The translations under genes were made by a program, and so were the position numbers. A DNA stretch of 64,000 bases from Paramoeba atlantica (lineage: Eukaryota > Protista > Discosea). The notes below the pieces were generated by a model. It was not told the origin of the DNA. It saw only the letters and a program-made list of their open reading frames with translations, and ran no database searches. Position 1 is the first letter of the stretch. Each line of letters begins with the position of its first letter. The stretch lies in the NCBI GenBank assembly GCA_977017575.1, contig CDRNVI010000153.1:64329-128328 (forward strand), written 5' to 3'. Below are positions 37,831 through 48,624 of this stretch, piece after piece.

Positions 37831-39337
37831 ATGACAAACAAAAAAGAAGAAGAAAAGGTTTTATTAAGAGTGATAGAAGATGGAGAAGGAGAAGAAACAA
37901 TCGTTTTTGTTCATGGATGGCCTGACAATTACCACACATTTGACAAACAAATTGCTCATTTTTCGAAGAATTATCGTTGTATTCGTTTGGTTATGCCATT
38001 TTATGGTGATTCTAAAGAGTAATTTATTTTTTTTTCCTTTTATTTCTTCAGTTCTTCTTTTTTCTTTTTCTTTTTCTCTCCTTTTCCCTTCTCTTATTTC
38101 ACCCAAATCCCCTCCCCGCCCTCTCTCTCTTCTCTCTCTCCAAAAAAAGTGAAGGAGGAGCAATCTCAGGAAACAGAAAAAGATACAACAGATGGGGATA
38201 CAATTTCGAAAGCATCGGAAACATGATTGGTGATACAATTCAAAGTGTTTGTGGTCCGAGAGCTCTTGTTACTGTTGTTGCTCATGATTGGGGGGTCCAC
38301 TGGGCATCTTATTTTCAAGTTTGTTTGTTTTATTTTTTTTTTTTTCTTTTTTTTTTCTTTTTCTTTCTTTTTTTTTTTTTTCTTTTTTTTCTCTCTCTTA
38401 TTTTCAAGTTTTTTCTTTTTCTTTTTCTTCTTTTCTTTTTTTTTCTTTTTTATCTCTCTCTTTTCTTTTTCTTTTCTCTTTGGTTTTTCTGAAATATCAA
38501 AAATATCAAAATAAAAAATAAATTCTAGAAACAACACCCAGAAATGGTGAAAAAAATTGTCTTATTAGATGTTGAATGTCCAACATTTCGACGACCACCA
38601 TTCAGGATGTTTCCTGCTTTGATTTTAATGGGTGTTTATTATCAGGTTTTTCTTCTTCTTCTTCTTCTTTCTTCTTTCTTCTTCTTCTTTTCTCCTTTCT
38701 CTGCTCTTTTTAAAATCTAAAATGTCATATTTTGTTTGGTTTCATTTGAAAATTTCATCTTCGTTTTTTTTTGATTGTTTTGAACTCAGTGGTGGTTGAT
38801 TTTGGCATGGATGTTGCTTGCATTTCCACTCATTGGCAAATTTTTGGCCAATTTTTTCTTTCGATGGACGGTTTTTTTTTTCTCCTTTTTTTTTTTTTCA
38901 AATTTTCCCTTTATTTCTTATTTCTTCTCTTTCAATAAAAACTCATTTTTTTTTTTCAAATATTTAAGGTTGGAAGACTGAGACATTCTGCAAAAGGAAA
39001 AGATCCCCTTCCTCAAGATGAAATCTCAGAACTAACCCCTCTCTGTGGCTTTCCATATTTTTACTTTCAAACCAACACGATTCTTGAGGCTTTGTTCCTT
39101 CGCTCTCCTTTAGGCCATTCGAGTTCTGAGGCACGACCAACTTGCCCTTGTTTATTCATGTGGGGAAAACAAAAGAAAATTCAATTCCATGGCAGGAGAT
39201 GGGTGAAGGAGTTGCAGGCGAGGGATGGATGTGATGCTATTCAGGTTGATGGGTCACATTGGTTCTTTTGGGAGGAACCTGATTTTGTGAATGCGAAGAT
39301 TGAAGAATTCATCCAGTCCAACAAAGCAAATTTGTGA
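37831..39337 (+). CDS. Alpha/beta hydrolase, epoxide-hydrolase-like, multi-exon
   Basis: VFVHGWPD oxyanion motif, AHDWG nucleophile elbow, C-terminal GSHWFFWEEP catalytic His; ends SNKANL. Confidence 0.88.
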
Positions 39338-39465
39338 AGAAAAAGATTTTATTCAGTTTCGATTTTGGGTGTGAGGAGTGAGAGGAGAGAGCAGTTTTCG
39401 GGGGTTGGTTCACCAAAAAATGATCTCAAAAAATAAAAATAAATGGGAATTCAAAAAAAAAGTCA

Positions 39466-41457
39466 TCATTGTACAAATGGGATCATCAAAAACGTAATTG
39501 AATGAGGATCAAGTGCCATTCCACCTCCAACAACAATCCTCTCTTCCCCTCTTTCCACAATATCTCCAGGGAGTTCTCCATGTTCACCAAGTTGCAAACT
39601 CTGACCATTCAAATAGGTCTGAGAGGAAGTTAAACTATCTGAAGTTACAGAATAGACCACAACTCTCTCAATTTCCAAAGAAGAAGAAGAAGAAGAAGAA
39701 GAAGATTCAGTTGCTGTTGACAAAGATTCTGTTAATGAAGGAGCACTGATATCATCTGGTCCTTTTGTTGGAGAAGACGAACTTTGCACGTTTTTTTTTC
39801 GAGACCATTGTTTTTTTTGTTGTGAAAAATTTAAAAAATCTTTTTCTTCGTTACAAGCAGTGGTAAAACCAGCAGAGAGAATGGGAAGTTCAACAAAAAC
39901 TTTTCCAGGCCGAACATTAATCAATACAACCATCATTGCTGAGTCATTTTTCTCCTTTCTCAGATGAATTAAATGCAAACGAGTTAAGGCAGCAGGGGAA
40001 GCACAAAAAGCATATGCTCGAACATCATTTCGAGGAAGCATTTGATCGGAAAGAAGGGTCCCTTTTGTTGAAGTCTGAAAAGAAATAGGAGATGTCAAGG
40101 TTTTAAAAAGAATAGCAATCCAATAATCAGGGGTGGGGGAATAATTTTCCATCAAAGGATCACTAACAATCAGACCATAATTTCCTCCAATGAGTTGCTG
40201 TCGAATCATCAAAGGCCCTAACTTCTCAGAAGTTGTCTGATTCACCTCTGAAAAGCCCAGTAAACTCGATTGAGAAAACATTCCAAGTTGATCTGCATAC
40301 CAAAGAGAGCTCACAAATCTATCAGATGCATTTACAAGGCCTCCTCCAGAAACACTTGCTGTCTCTCCAACCCAGACTGTTGGTTTTGTCGTTGTATCCC
40401 TTGAGAATGAAGTTTGATGTAACTTTGGCAATCTCTTTTTATGTTGGACTCTTTCAGTCGTTTCATTCTTTATCAAGAAGTCGTAATTTTCGTTCACACA
40501 ATTTTGAAAACTGACAGCTCGATCAAGAAATTGGTTCATATAAACAGGGTCTTCAATCCTCCCAATCGTCCCATTATCCCAGACACGCACATCTTGAGAG
40601 AGACCATAATAGTGCCAAGTATAGACATCCATAATCGTACTATTCGCCTCCTTTTCTTGCTTTGCAGTCTCAGAAACAAAATCACAAAAGAAATCTGGGA
40701 TATTCCAAACACCAAACAATCCTACAGAGACATCTGGACCAATCAGAGGAACGTCTTTTCCATAAAAGAGAGGCAAAGAAGCTTTCAGTTGAGCAAAATC
40801 AAAAGCGAGTTGCTTCGCATTCACACAAACATCATGTTGATAGAAAGAGTTTGGCTCATTTCCGAGTTCGAGACCAGTGAATTGGATTCCCTTTTCTTTT
40901 GCATAAGACAAAAGAACCGCAGCATTATCAGATATCCATGAGCAAGAAGAAGAAGAAGAAGAAGAAGAAAAATTGAGGCGAGGCCAAGCAGCATTCAAAC
41001 CAAAAATCAAATCAGCTCCTACATCAAGAGCAAATTGAGAAATATCTTCAAGTTGTCGACAATCAAACACCTGAGAATTTCCCCACAAATTGTGAGAGAA
41101 AGGGATCCCTTTTCCATCAACAGAATATCGAACTTGGTCTTGAGAAGTTCCACCAATTCGAAGAACAGAAGGAGCGAGATTCGCAGTCATTTGTTGGAAA
41201 AGAGATGAAGAAAGAAAGGGTGGAGTTGTTGAACCGTTGAGAAATTGGGAGATGTCGATTGAATAGCTGATGAATCGAGGGTCGAGAGAGGCCCAGACTG
41301 AACCATTGATAGAAAGAGAGAAAGAAGGGGTTGTAATTGTTGTTGTTGCCATTCTTGTTGGAGAAAGAAAGGAAAAAAAAAAAAAGAAAACGAAGATCAG
41401 AGAGTTGATCCTGAACAACAAGGAGCACCTGTTCTGAGGAGAAGCAACACCTCCCAT
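39466..41457 (-). CDS. Glycoside hydrolase family 79 (heparanase/beta-glucuronidase-like), single exon
   Basis: LRIGGT, LIFGLNA, ELGNEPN (acid/base Glu), WVGET (nucleophile Glu), WYADQLG, RQQLIGGNYGL, PTPDYW; hydrophobic N-terminus (alternative start 41352). Confidence 0.9.
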   Translation of the reverse strand: MGGVASPQNRCSLLFRINSLIFVFFFFFSFLSPTRMATTTITTPSFSLSINGSVWASLDPRFISYSIDISQFLNGSTTPPFLSSSLFQQMTANLAPSVLRIGGTSQDQVRYSVDGKGIPFSHNLWGNSQVFDCRQLEDISQFALDVGADLIFGLNAAWPRLNFSSSSSSSSCSWISDNAAVLLSYAKEKGIQFTGLELGNEPNSFYQHDVCVNAKQLAFDFAQLKASLPLFYGKDVPLIGPDVSVGLFGVWNIPDFFCDFVSETAKQEKEANSTIMDVYTWHYYGLSQDVRVWDNGTIGRIEDPVYMNQFLDRAVSFQNCVNENYDFLIKNETTERVQHKKRLPKLHQTSFSRDTTTKPTVWVGETASVSGGGLVNASDRFVSSLWYADQLGMFSQSSLLGFSEVNQTTSEKLGPLMIRQQLIGGNYGLIVSDPLMENYSPTPDYWIAILFKTLTSPISFQTSTKGTLLSDQMLPRNDVRAYAFCASPAALTRLHLIHLRKEKNDSAMMVVLINVRPGKVFVELPILSAGFTTACNEEKDFLNFSQQKKQWSRKKNVQSSSSPTKGPDDISAPSLTESLSTATESSSSSSSSSLEIERVVVYSVTSDSLTSSQTYLNGQSLQLGEHGELPGDIVERGEERIVVGGGMALDPHSITFLMIPFVQ

Positions 41458-41786
41458 GTCAATTGTTGATCCAAGAATCTTTTTTTTTTTGTTTTTGTTT
41501 TTTCAAAGAGGGTGTCTGTGTTTCTCGTTCACCTCCAAAAAAATTATCCTCCTTTTTATCAGATTTTTCAAGAACGAATAATTTTTTTTAGCTTGAAAAT
41601 CACAATAAAATAAAAGTCAGAAAAAATCAAAAAGGCGTGTGACTCTTTTTTTCTTTTCGGGAGGCTAAAAAGAGTCGGTTTTTCTTTTTTGCCGGTTCAT
41701 GCCGAAAGAACTCATCAACCTTTTCTGATTCTCTCCTCTCTTCTTTCTTTCTCTCTCTTTCTCTTTTTTTTTCTTTTTTTGAAAAA

Positions 41787-44700
41787 ATGGAAGACGAAAA
41801 GGTGAGTTCTTCTGGTCAGTCTGTTGTTGTGATGGTCAATCAGGTTTCTTTTTTGTTCTTCTTCTTCTTGAAAGAGAAATTCCCGATTCCCCCCTTTTCT
41901 TTCTTCTTCAGCTCTAAAATTCCACTCCACCTTCCCCCCCCCCCTCTCTCTCCCCTCTCTCTCCCCCCCCCTCTCTCTCCCCCCTCTCTCTCTCCCCTCT
42001 CCTCTCTCTCTTTCTTTCCAAAAAAGGCCGGAAGAATCCAATACATCGACGAAGGAGGGGGAATGTTCCTCGGATACGAAACCTCTCAACTGATTGGCCA
42101 ACCCATTACCATTTTGATGACCTCTCCTTATAAAGAACAGCATGATTCTTTTTTGAAACGTTATTTGATGACTAATGTTCCTTGTATTATGAAAAAGGTT
42201 TGTTTTTTTTGTTTTTTTGTTTTTTGTTTTTTGTTTTTTTTTTTTTTTTTAAATTTTTTTTTTAAATTTTTTTTTTAAATTTTTTTTTTAATTTTTTTTT
42301 TAATTTTTTGGAAGAAAAGAAAGACAAAAGAAAAGAAAAGGGAATTGGCAAAGAATTATTTTAAGTGGAATAAGATGGAATTTAATGATTCAGAAAAGCT
42401 GAATTGGTTGGACAAAAAGATAATAAAAGAGAAGAATTGTTGGAACTCCAAGAAAAAGATTTGAGAAAATAAGTGTAATTGTCAATAAGATTGAAATGTT
42501 TGTCTCAGAAGTTAAAATGTTTGGCCAAATAGAACAGATATAAACAGAGAGAAACAATTTATTTTATGAAGAATATTATTTCTTTTAATTAAATATTATT
42601 TCTTATTTTTTCTTTTCTTTATTAATAAAAATTAAAAAAAAAACAGACAAGAATTGTGGAAGCTCGAAAGAAAAATGGAGAAATAAGTGCAATAAGATTA
42701 AATGTTTCAGAAGTTAAAATGGTTGGACAACCTTTGTGGGTTGGGATTATTGAACCTTTGTTTTGTCCTATTGGTACTCTTGTTTTTAATGATCGTGGTG
42801 TTGTGGTTTGTTTTTTTATTTTTTTATTTATTTTTTTATTTATTCTTTTTTTTTTCTATTTTTTTTTGTATTTTTTTTGTATTTTTTTTTGTATTTATTG
42901 AACCTTTGTTTTGTCCTATTGGTACTCTTGTTTTTAATGATCGTGGTGTTGTGGTTTGTTTTTTTTTATTTATTTATTTATTTATTTATTATTTTTTTTT
43001 TCTTTATTTATTCTTTTATTTTTTTTTTCTAAATTTTTTCTATTTTTTTTTCTATTTTTTTCTATTTTTTTTTCTATTTATTGAACCTTTGTTTTGTCCT
43101 ATTGGTACTCTTGTTTTTAATGACCACGGTGTTCTGGTTTGTTGTTTTTTTGTTATTTTTTTTTTTTATTTTTTTTATTTTTATTTTATTTTTTTTTATT
43201 TTTTTATTTTATTTTTTTTATTTTCCTATTTTTTTATTTTCTAATTTTTTATTCTATTTTTTTTTTTTTTGTATTTTGCATATTTTTAATTTCCTTTTTC
43301 TTTCTTTCTTTTCCTTTTGAAAAACATGAGTACTTTTCTTATCTTCTTTTTTATGCAAAAAATAGATAAATGTCAATTCATGTGCAGAGAGTTTATGGGG
43401 TTATGTTAAACAAGATCTGATTGGAAAAAATATAAATTCCTTAATTCCAGGTTTTCTCTTTTCTCTTTCTTTTCTCTCTTTTTTCTCTCTTTTTCTCTCT
43501 CTTTTCTCTCTCTTTTTCTCTCTCTTCTTTCTTATTTTCTTTCTTCTCTCTCTTTTCTCTCCCTCTCTTAAAATTTATTTTTGAAATTATTTATTGATTA
43601 TTATTTTTTTAAAAAAAAAGGAGCATTTCCAGCACATGATTTATTAAAAGTGACAAGAAATTTGTCTGCAATTCACAAATCAGGGCTTTGGTTCTCGATT
43701 AGTGCAAACTTTGAATTAATCGATGTTTCTTCTTCTTCTTCTCTTCCTCACTCTCTTATCTGTTCTGGGACTTCTCCCTCTACTCCTTCTGCTCCTTCTT
43801 TACCTTCTCCTTCTTTTACTTCTCCTCTCTCTTCTCCTTCTTCTATTTCTCCGTCGTTGACTACTCCTCCTTCGTCTTTTTCTCCTTCTTTCTCTTCTGT
43901 CTCTCCTTCTTCTACCTCCTCTTCCCCCTCTATCTCTCCCTCTTCTTCTCCTTCCTTCTCTTCCCACAAACCCTCTTCTTCTTCTTCTTCCTTCTCCTTC
44001 TCTCACCGCCACTCTCCCCCCACATCAAAAAACACAGAAAACATCTATATTTGTTCAGTACAAAAAGTATTAAAAGAAACAGAAATATTTTTATCTGTTG
44101 ATTTAAATGGAAATGTTTATAATGGAAATCAATTTGCTGCTCCTCTTTTGGGTTATTCTCCCAAACAGTTGCAGGGCATTCATCTTTCTACTTTGAGTAA
44201 TTTTTTTTTTTTTTCTTTTTTTTTTTTTTTTCTTTTTTTTTTTTTTTTCTTTTTTTTTTTTTTTCTTTTTTTTTTTTTTCTTTTTTCTTTTTTTCTTTTT
44301 TCTTTTTCTTTTTCTTTTTTCTTTTTTCTTTACTCTTTTTTTTTTTCTTTTTCAAACTCTCAATATTTTGTGTTTATTCATTTTTTATATCATTTTAAAA
44401 TCTCTCTCTCTCTCTTCTCTTTCCCAGTCCCAAAATTCGAAGTAGACCCACAACTCCTCTCAATCGCAAAAACATACAACCAACTCGCAAAAGAAGGAAA
44501 AAACAACATCAAAATGAGAGAAATAGAGACAATTTTGAGAAGGGGCTCTCAAGAAGAGGGGAGAGTTGTTGCTGCTCATCGAGATGGTTCTTTTGTTTAT
44601 GTTAGTGTTCGCCTTTTTTTTTGTTTTCAGAAAGGTTTTTTTTTTTTTTAATTTTTTTTAATTTTTTTTAATTTTTTTTTAATTTTTTTTTAATTTTTTT

Positions 44701-47700
44701 TGGTTTTTTTTGAAATTTTTTGTGTTGAAAAAAAATTATCTATTTTTGAAAATCGTTTTATTTCTTTAAAATATTCTTTCAATAAATTTCAAATTTTAAT
44801 CATTAAAAAAAAAATAGAGTGTTTTGTATCTGTCAAAATTAAGCGACTTCACGATTCCCAACCTGATCCAATTGTTCGTTTTTCTTTGATTTTTCTTTGA
44901 TTTTTCTTTGATTTTTCTTTGATTTTTTTTTTCTCTTTGATTATTTTCTTTTTTCTTTGATTTTTTTGCAATGAAAAATTCATTTCTTTTCTTTCTTTTC
45001 TTTGGGATGTTCCTTCCCTCTTTCTCTTTCTCTCTCTTTCTCTCTTTCTCTCTTTCTCTCTCTCTTGAAATCGCAGTCATCTGGTGACAAGCCGGGTTTA
45101 GACATTGGGTTTCGTTTTTCAGTCGATGTTAATATTTTCTTTTTTCTTTTTTCTTTTTTCTTTTTTCTTTTTTTTTTTTTTTTTCTTTTCTTCTTTTTCT
45201 TTCTTATTTCTTTTGTGTCTTCTGATCCCATATGATGCAGTCATCTCCAGCACGAGGAACCCCAATTAATATTATTGAGGTTTCTTTCTTTTCTTTTCTT
45301 TTCTCTCTTCTTCTCTTCTTCTCTTCTCTCTTTCTTTCTCTTTCTTTCTCTGATCTTTGGTCTCTTTTCTCTTTTTTTTTTTTTTTCAAAAAGCAAATTG
45401 GAAATGACTATTTTGTTACAAACAAAAATCTTGGAGGTGGAAGTTCTGCCGCTGTTCACATTGGAATGAGGAAGAAAGATGGAGTACAAGTATTTCTTTT
45501 CTTTTCTTCTTTTCTTTTCTTTTCTTTTCTTCTCTTCTTTTTTTTTCTTTTCTTTTCTTCTTTTTCACCCCTTCTTTATTCTCTTTTTCTTTCATTTTAA
45601 TAACAAATTAATTTTTTCACAAAAAAAAAAAGGTGGCAGTAAAAATAACCCAAAAGAAAGGGTTATCAGAAGAAGGGCTCAGACGTGCACAAGGAGAAGC
45701 TTTGATTTTATCTTCTCTTCGTGGTCATCCAAATATATGTCAACTTCATTGTTTGTTTTTTATTTATTATTTATTATTATTATTCCTTTTTCCTTTTTTT
45801 TTTCTTCTCTTTTTCTTTTGATTTCCTTTACTTTCTTTCCTTCCTTTTTCCTCTCACTCCTTTTCCCCTTTTCCAAAACAGATACAAACGAAACAAACGA
45901 AAAAATCTACCTTGTCCTGGAATACATCCACGGAGGAAGCCTCGCAAAATACATCCTCACAAACCAAATTTCAAATTCCGATATCAAATTGATCTTCAAA
46001 GATGTGACAGCCGGAATTGGTTTTTGTCACCAAAATCAAATCGTCCATCGAGATGTGAAAAATGAGAATATTCTTTTAACTAGAAAGAGAGAAGTGAAGC
46101 TGATTGATTTTGGGTTGAGTAGCCGGTTTGGGGGAGAGAATTGGTCTGAAATTCAGGGGACTTATTGCGGAACTCCTGCTTATGCTGCTCCTGAAATGCT
46201 CTTGGCTCATCCTTACATTGGTCCAGAAGTTGATATTTGGAGTTTGGGTGTTGTTTTGTATACTATGATGTTTAAAGAGTTCCCTTTTCGGACTGTTCAA
46301 GATATTGTGAATGGGACGTTTTCTCGCTCCTGTTTGACGGATCCTGAGTTACTTGATTTGATTTCAAAGATGTTCTCTTTGGAACCTCAAGGTAGGCCAA
46401 CTTGCGAAATGATTTTGTCTCATCCCTGGTTGGCGCCTAGGCTGGGAACACCTGTCACTACTTCTCATGATGAGAGTCATGATGGTAAAATTGAATATCC
46501 TCCTCGTTCACTTCCCACAATCAAGAACGAAAAAGATGATACTGAGATGGATTGCCCTCCTGACGAAGATTGGGAAAGCATCAGCGCCACAACATCTTCG
46601 GCAACTCCAATGACTCTACTAAAAAAAAAGGAAGAAACTGATGAACTTGATGCTGCTTCTCTGCCATCAACTGAAAATCATGCTCTGAAATCTTCCTTTT
46701 CTGCCCTTTTTGGAGAGGCGAATTTTTCTCCCATCTCTTCTCCAGCTTTTGAGAACTTGAACCTTTCCCCTCTTTCTTCACCGCCCCTCTTTTCCCAAGA
46801 TGAGCTTGGAAGTGAGTTCAGCGAGCTTGGAGAGTTAGGTTATCAGCTCGAAGATGAGGTTCCCCTTTCTCCATCTTCTCCAAAGAAAACATCTTTATTC
46901 AATGATCATGGAGAACCTTTCCGAAAGAGAGTGGCGTTGGGGTCACAGAGGGATGATTTTCCATCTCCCTCTCCTTCTCGTGTATCTCCTCCGCATCCAT
47001 TTGTTCGTGACACACCATCTCGACACAGATCTTCGTCTACTTCTTTTCTCAGAGAATCATCTGATACGTTTTCTTTTTCTGAGCATTCTTTTGAGGAACC
47101 AAAAGGATGTACTCCTCCTCCGTGTGAACCTTCTCAAAATGTGGTGGTAAAAGATCCAGAAAAGGAGCAACAACAACCAGAAATCGTTGTACCTTGTCCT
47201 TGGAGATCCTCCTCACTTGATGGGGTCAAACTCCGTGCCCCAGGAACACAATCACAATTTTCTCGCTCCAACCCACAACGGTATCAACCTCAGTGTCAAC
47301 AAGCCCAGCAAGAAAAACAAGGACTCTCAAACCACCAACGTATTCATCCTCTTCAAGATTCACAAACAGAACCTCATTGGAGGACCTTGATGGGCGGTTC
47401 TGCATCAAATGTATTCGAATTATCCTCGCAACAAACATCGAGAATTCGAAGATCTCCAACAATTCCAAGATCTCCAACGATCCCAAGATCCCCAACGATC
47501 CCAAGATCCCCAACAACTCAAATATCCCCGACAATCCAAAGATCTCCGAGATCTCCAACAATTCCAAGATCCCCAACAACTCAATATTCCCCGACAATTC
47601 CAAGATCTCCAACGAGAAGATCTCCATCTCAAGTATCACCAACCTATATCCCTCGTCATCGAGCTGCATATAATACCTCTCCCTCTTGTTTAACATCAAC

Positions 47701-48349
47701 ATCACCTTCTTCTGTTCGGGGTCCATCTCCACACCAAGCAGTATCTCCAAGGAACCAACCAAAACGTTCAGCAGCTCCTTTCCCTTTTGAGATCCCCCCC
47801 TCTCTGCTCCAAAGAGTTCGAACAGATCAAGTAAACCTTCCTGAGATGATGCCAGAGAGATATACACCACCAACTGCCCCAAAAACATCAATAGATCTAT
47901 CCCAACCATTTAGTCAAATCCAACTCCGAAGCCCCTCTATTCCTTTGAATTCTGTGGCTTCTCCTGGTCTTCCAGAAAGCTCTCATTCTCCTCACGCTTA
48001 TTTCCCTGAACAATCATCCCCTTCAGCAGGACCACCAGTGTTTGGAGGATCTCCCCTTGGCACTGAAACTGGAGGAGTTTCTGAAGGACCCCCCTATTCT
48101 GAGAGTTCACCATCAGGTTGGCACTCTCCATCTCTTCGAGGAGGGGGAGGAGGAGGGAGTGCTGCCGCGTCAGGAAATCGAATTCAAGTGAATTTGACAG
48201 GGGGTGATGGAGCAGCATCTAGTAATGGTGGGAATGGAAGTGAGAGTGCGAATCCAATGCAATTTGTTGTTCGAGGAGATGGGAAAACCTACACTGTAAT
48301 TTTACCAAATGGGTTGGCTGTAAATCGTGATTATAAAAGGAAAAGGTAG
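41787..48349 (+). CDS. PAS-domain Ser/Thr kinase (CAMK group, PASK-like) with three PAS domains and a long SP-rich tail
   Basis: PAS signatures FLGYETSQLIGQPITILM, LWGYVKQDLIGKNINSLIP and LLGYSPKQLQGIHL. Kinase motifs LGGGSSAAV, VAVK, HRDVKNENIL, DFG, CGTPAYAAPE, DIWSLGV. Stop at 48349. Confidence 0.88.
42350..43143 (+). repeat. Intronic partial duplicates of one PAS-kinase exon
   Basis: A ~63-nt unit TATTGAACCTTTG...GTGGTTTG occurs at 42748, 42896 and 43079 (third copy diverged). Degenerate copies of the exon's 5' part lie at ~42350-42420 and ~42430-42530. Confidence 0.85.
47447..47640 (+). repeat. Coding 18-nt repeat RSPTIP in the kinase tail
   Basis: RSPTIPRSPTIPRSPTIPRSPTTQISPTIQRSPRSPTIPRSPTTQYSPTIPRSPT. 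Confidence 0.9.
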
Positions 48350-48624
48350 AAAAAAAGTTGTTTAAAGGGTCGAAACCTTATTATGTGACAAAAGGGCAGA
48401 ATACGCATTGCCACAACAAAAACATGCTTCAAATCTTATTTAAAACCATTAAAAAAAAAAATCAAAATCATAAAGAAAGAAAATCCAAAAGTTTTTTCGT
48501 GAATGACAACCAAATTGTTGTTTATTTCTTGTTGTTTTATTTGCCACAACTAAATTCATGATTTCATGAAATCATGTCTCCCTCCAAAGCGAATTCCATT
48601 TTGCACACACACCGTCCAATTTCT

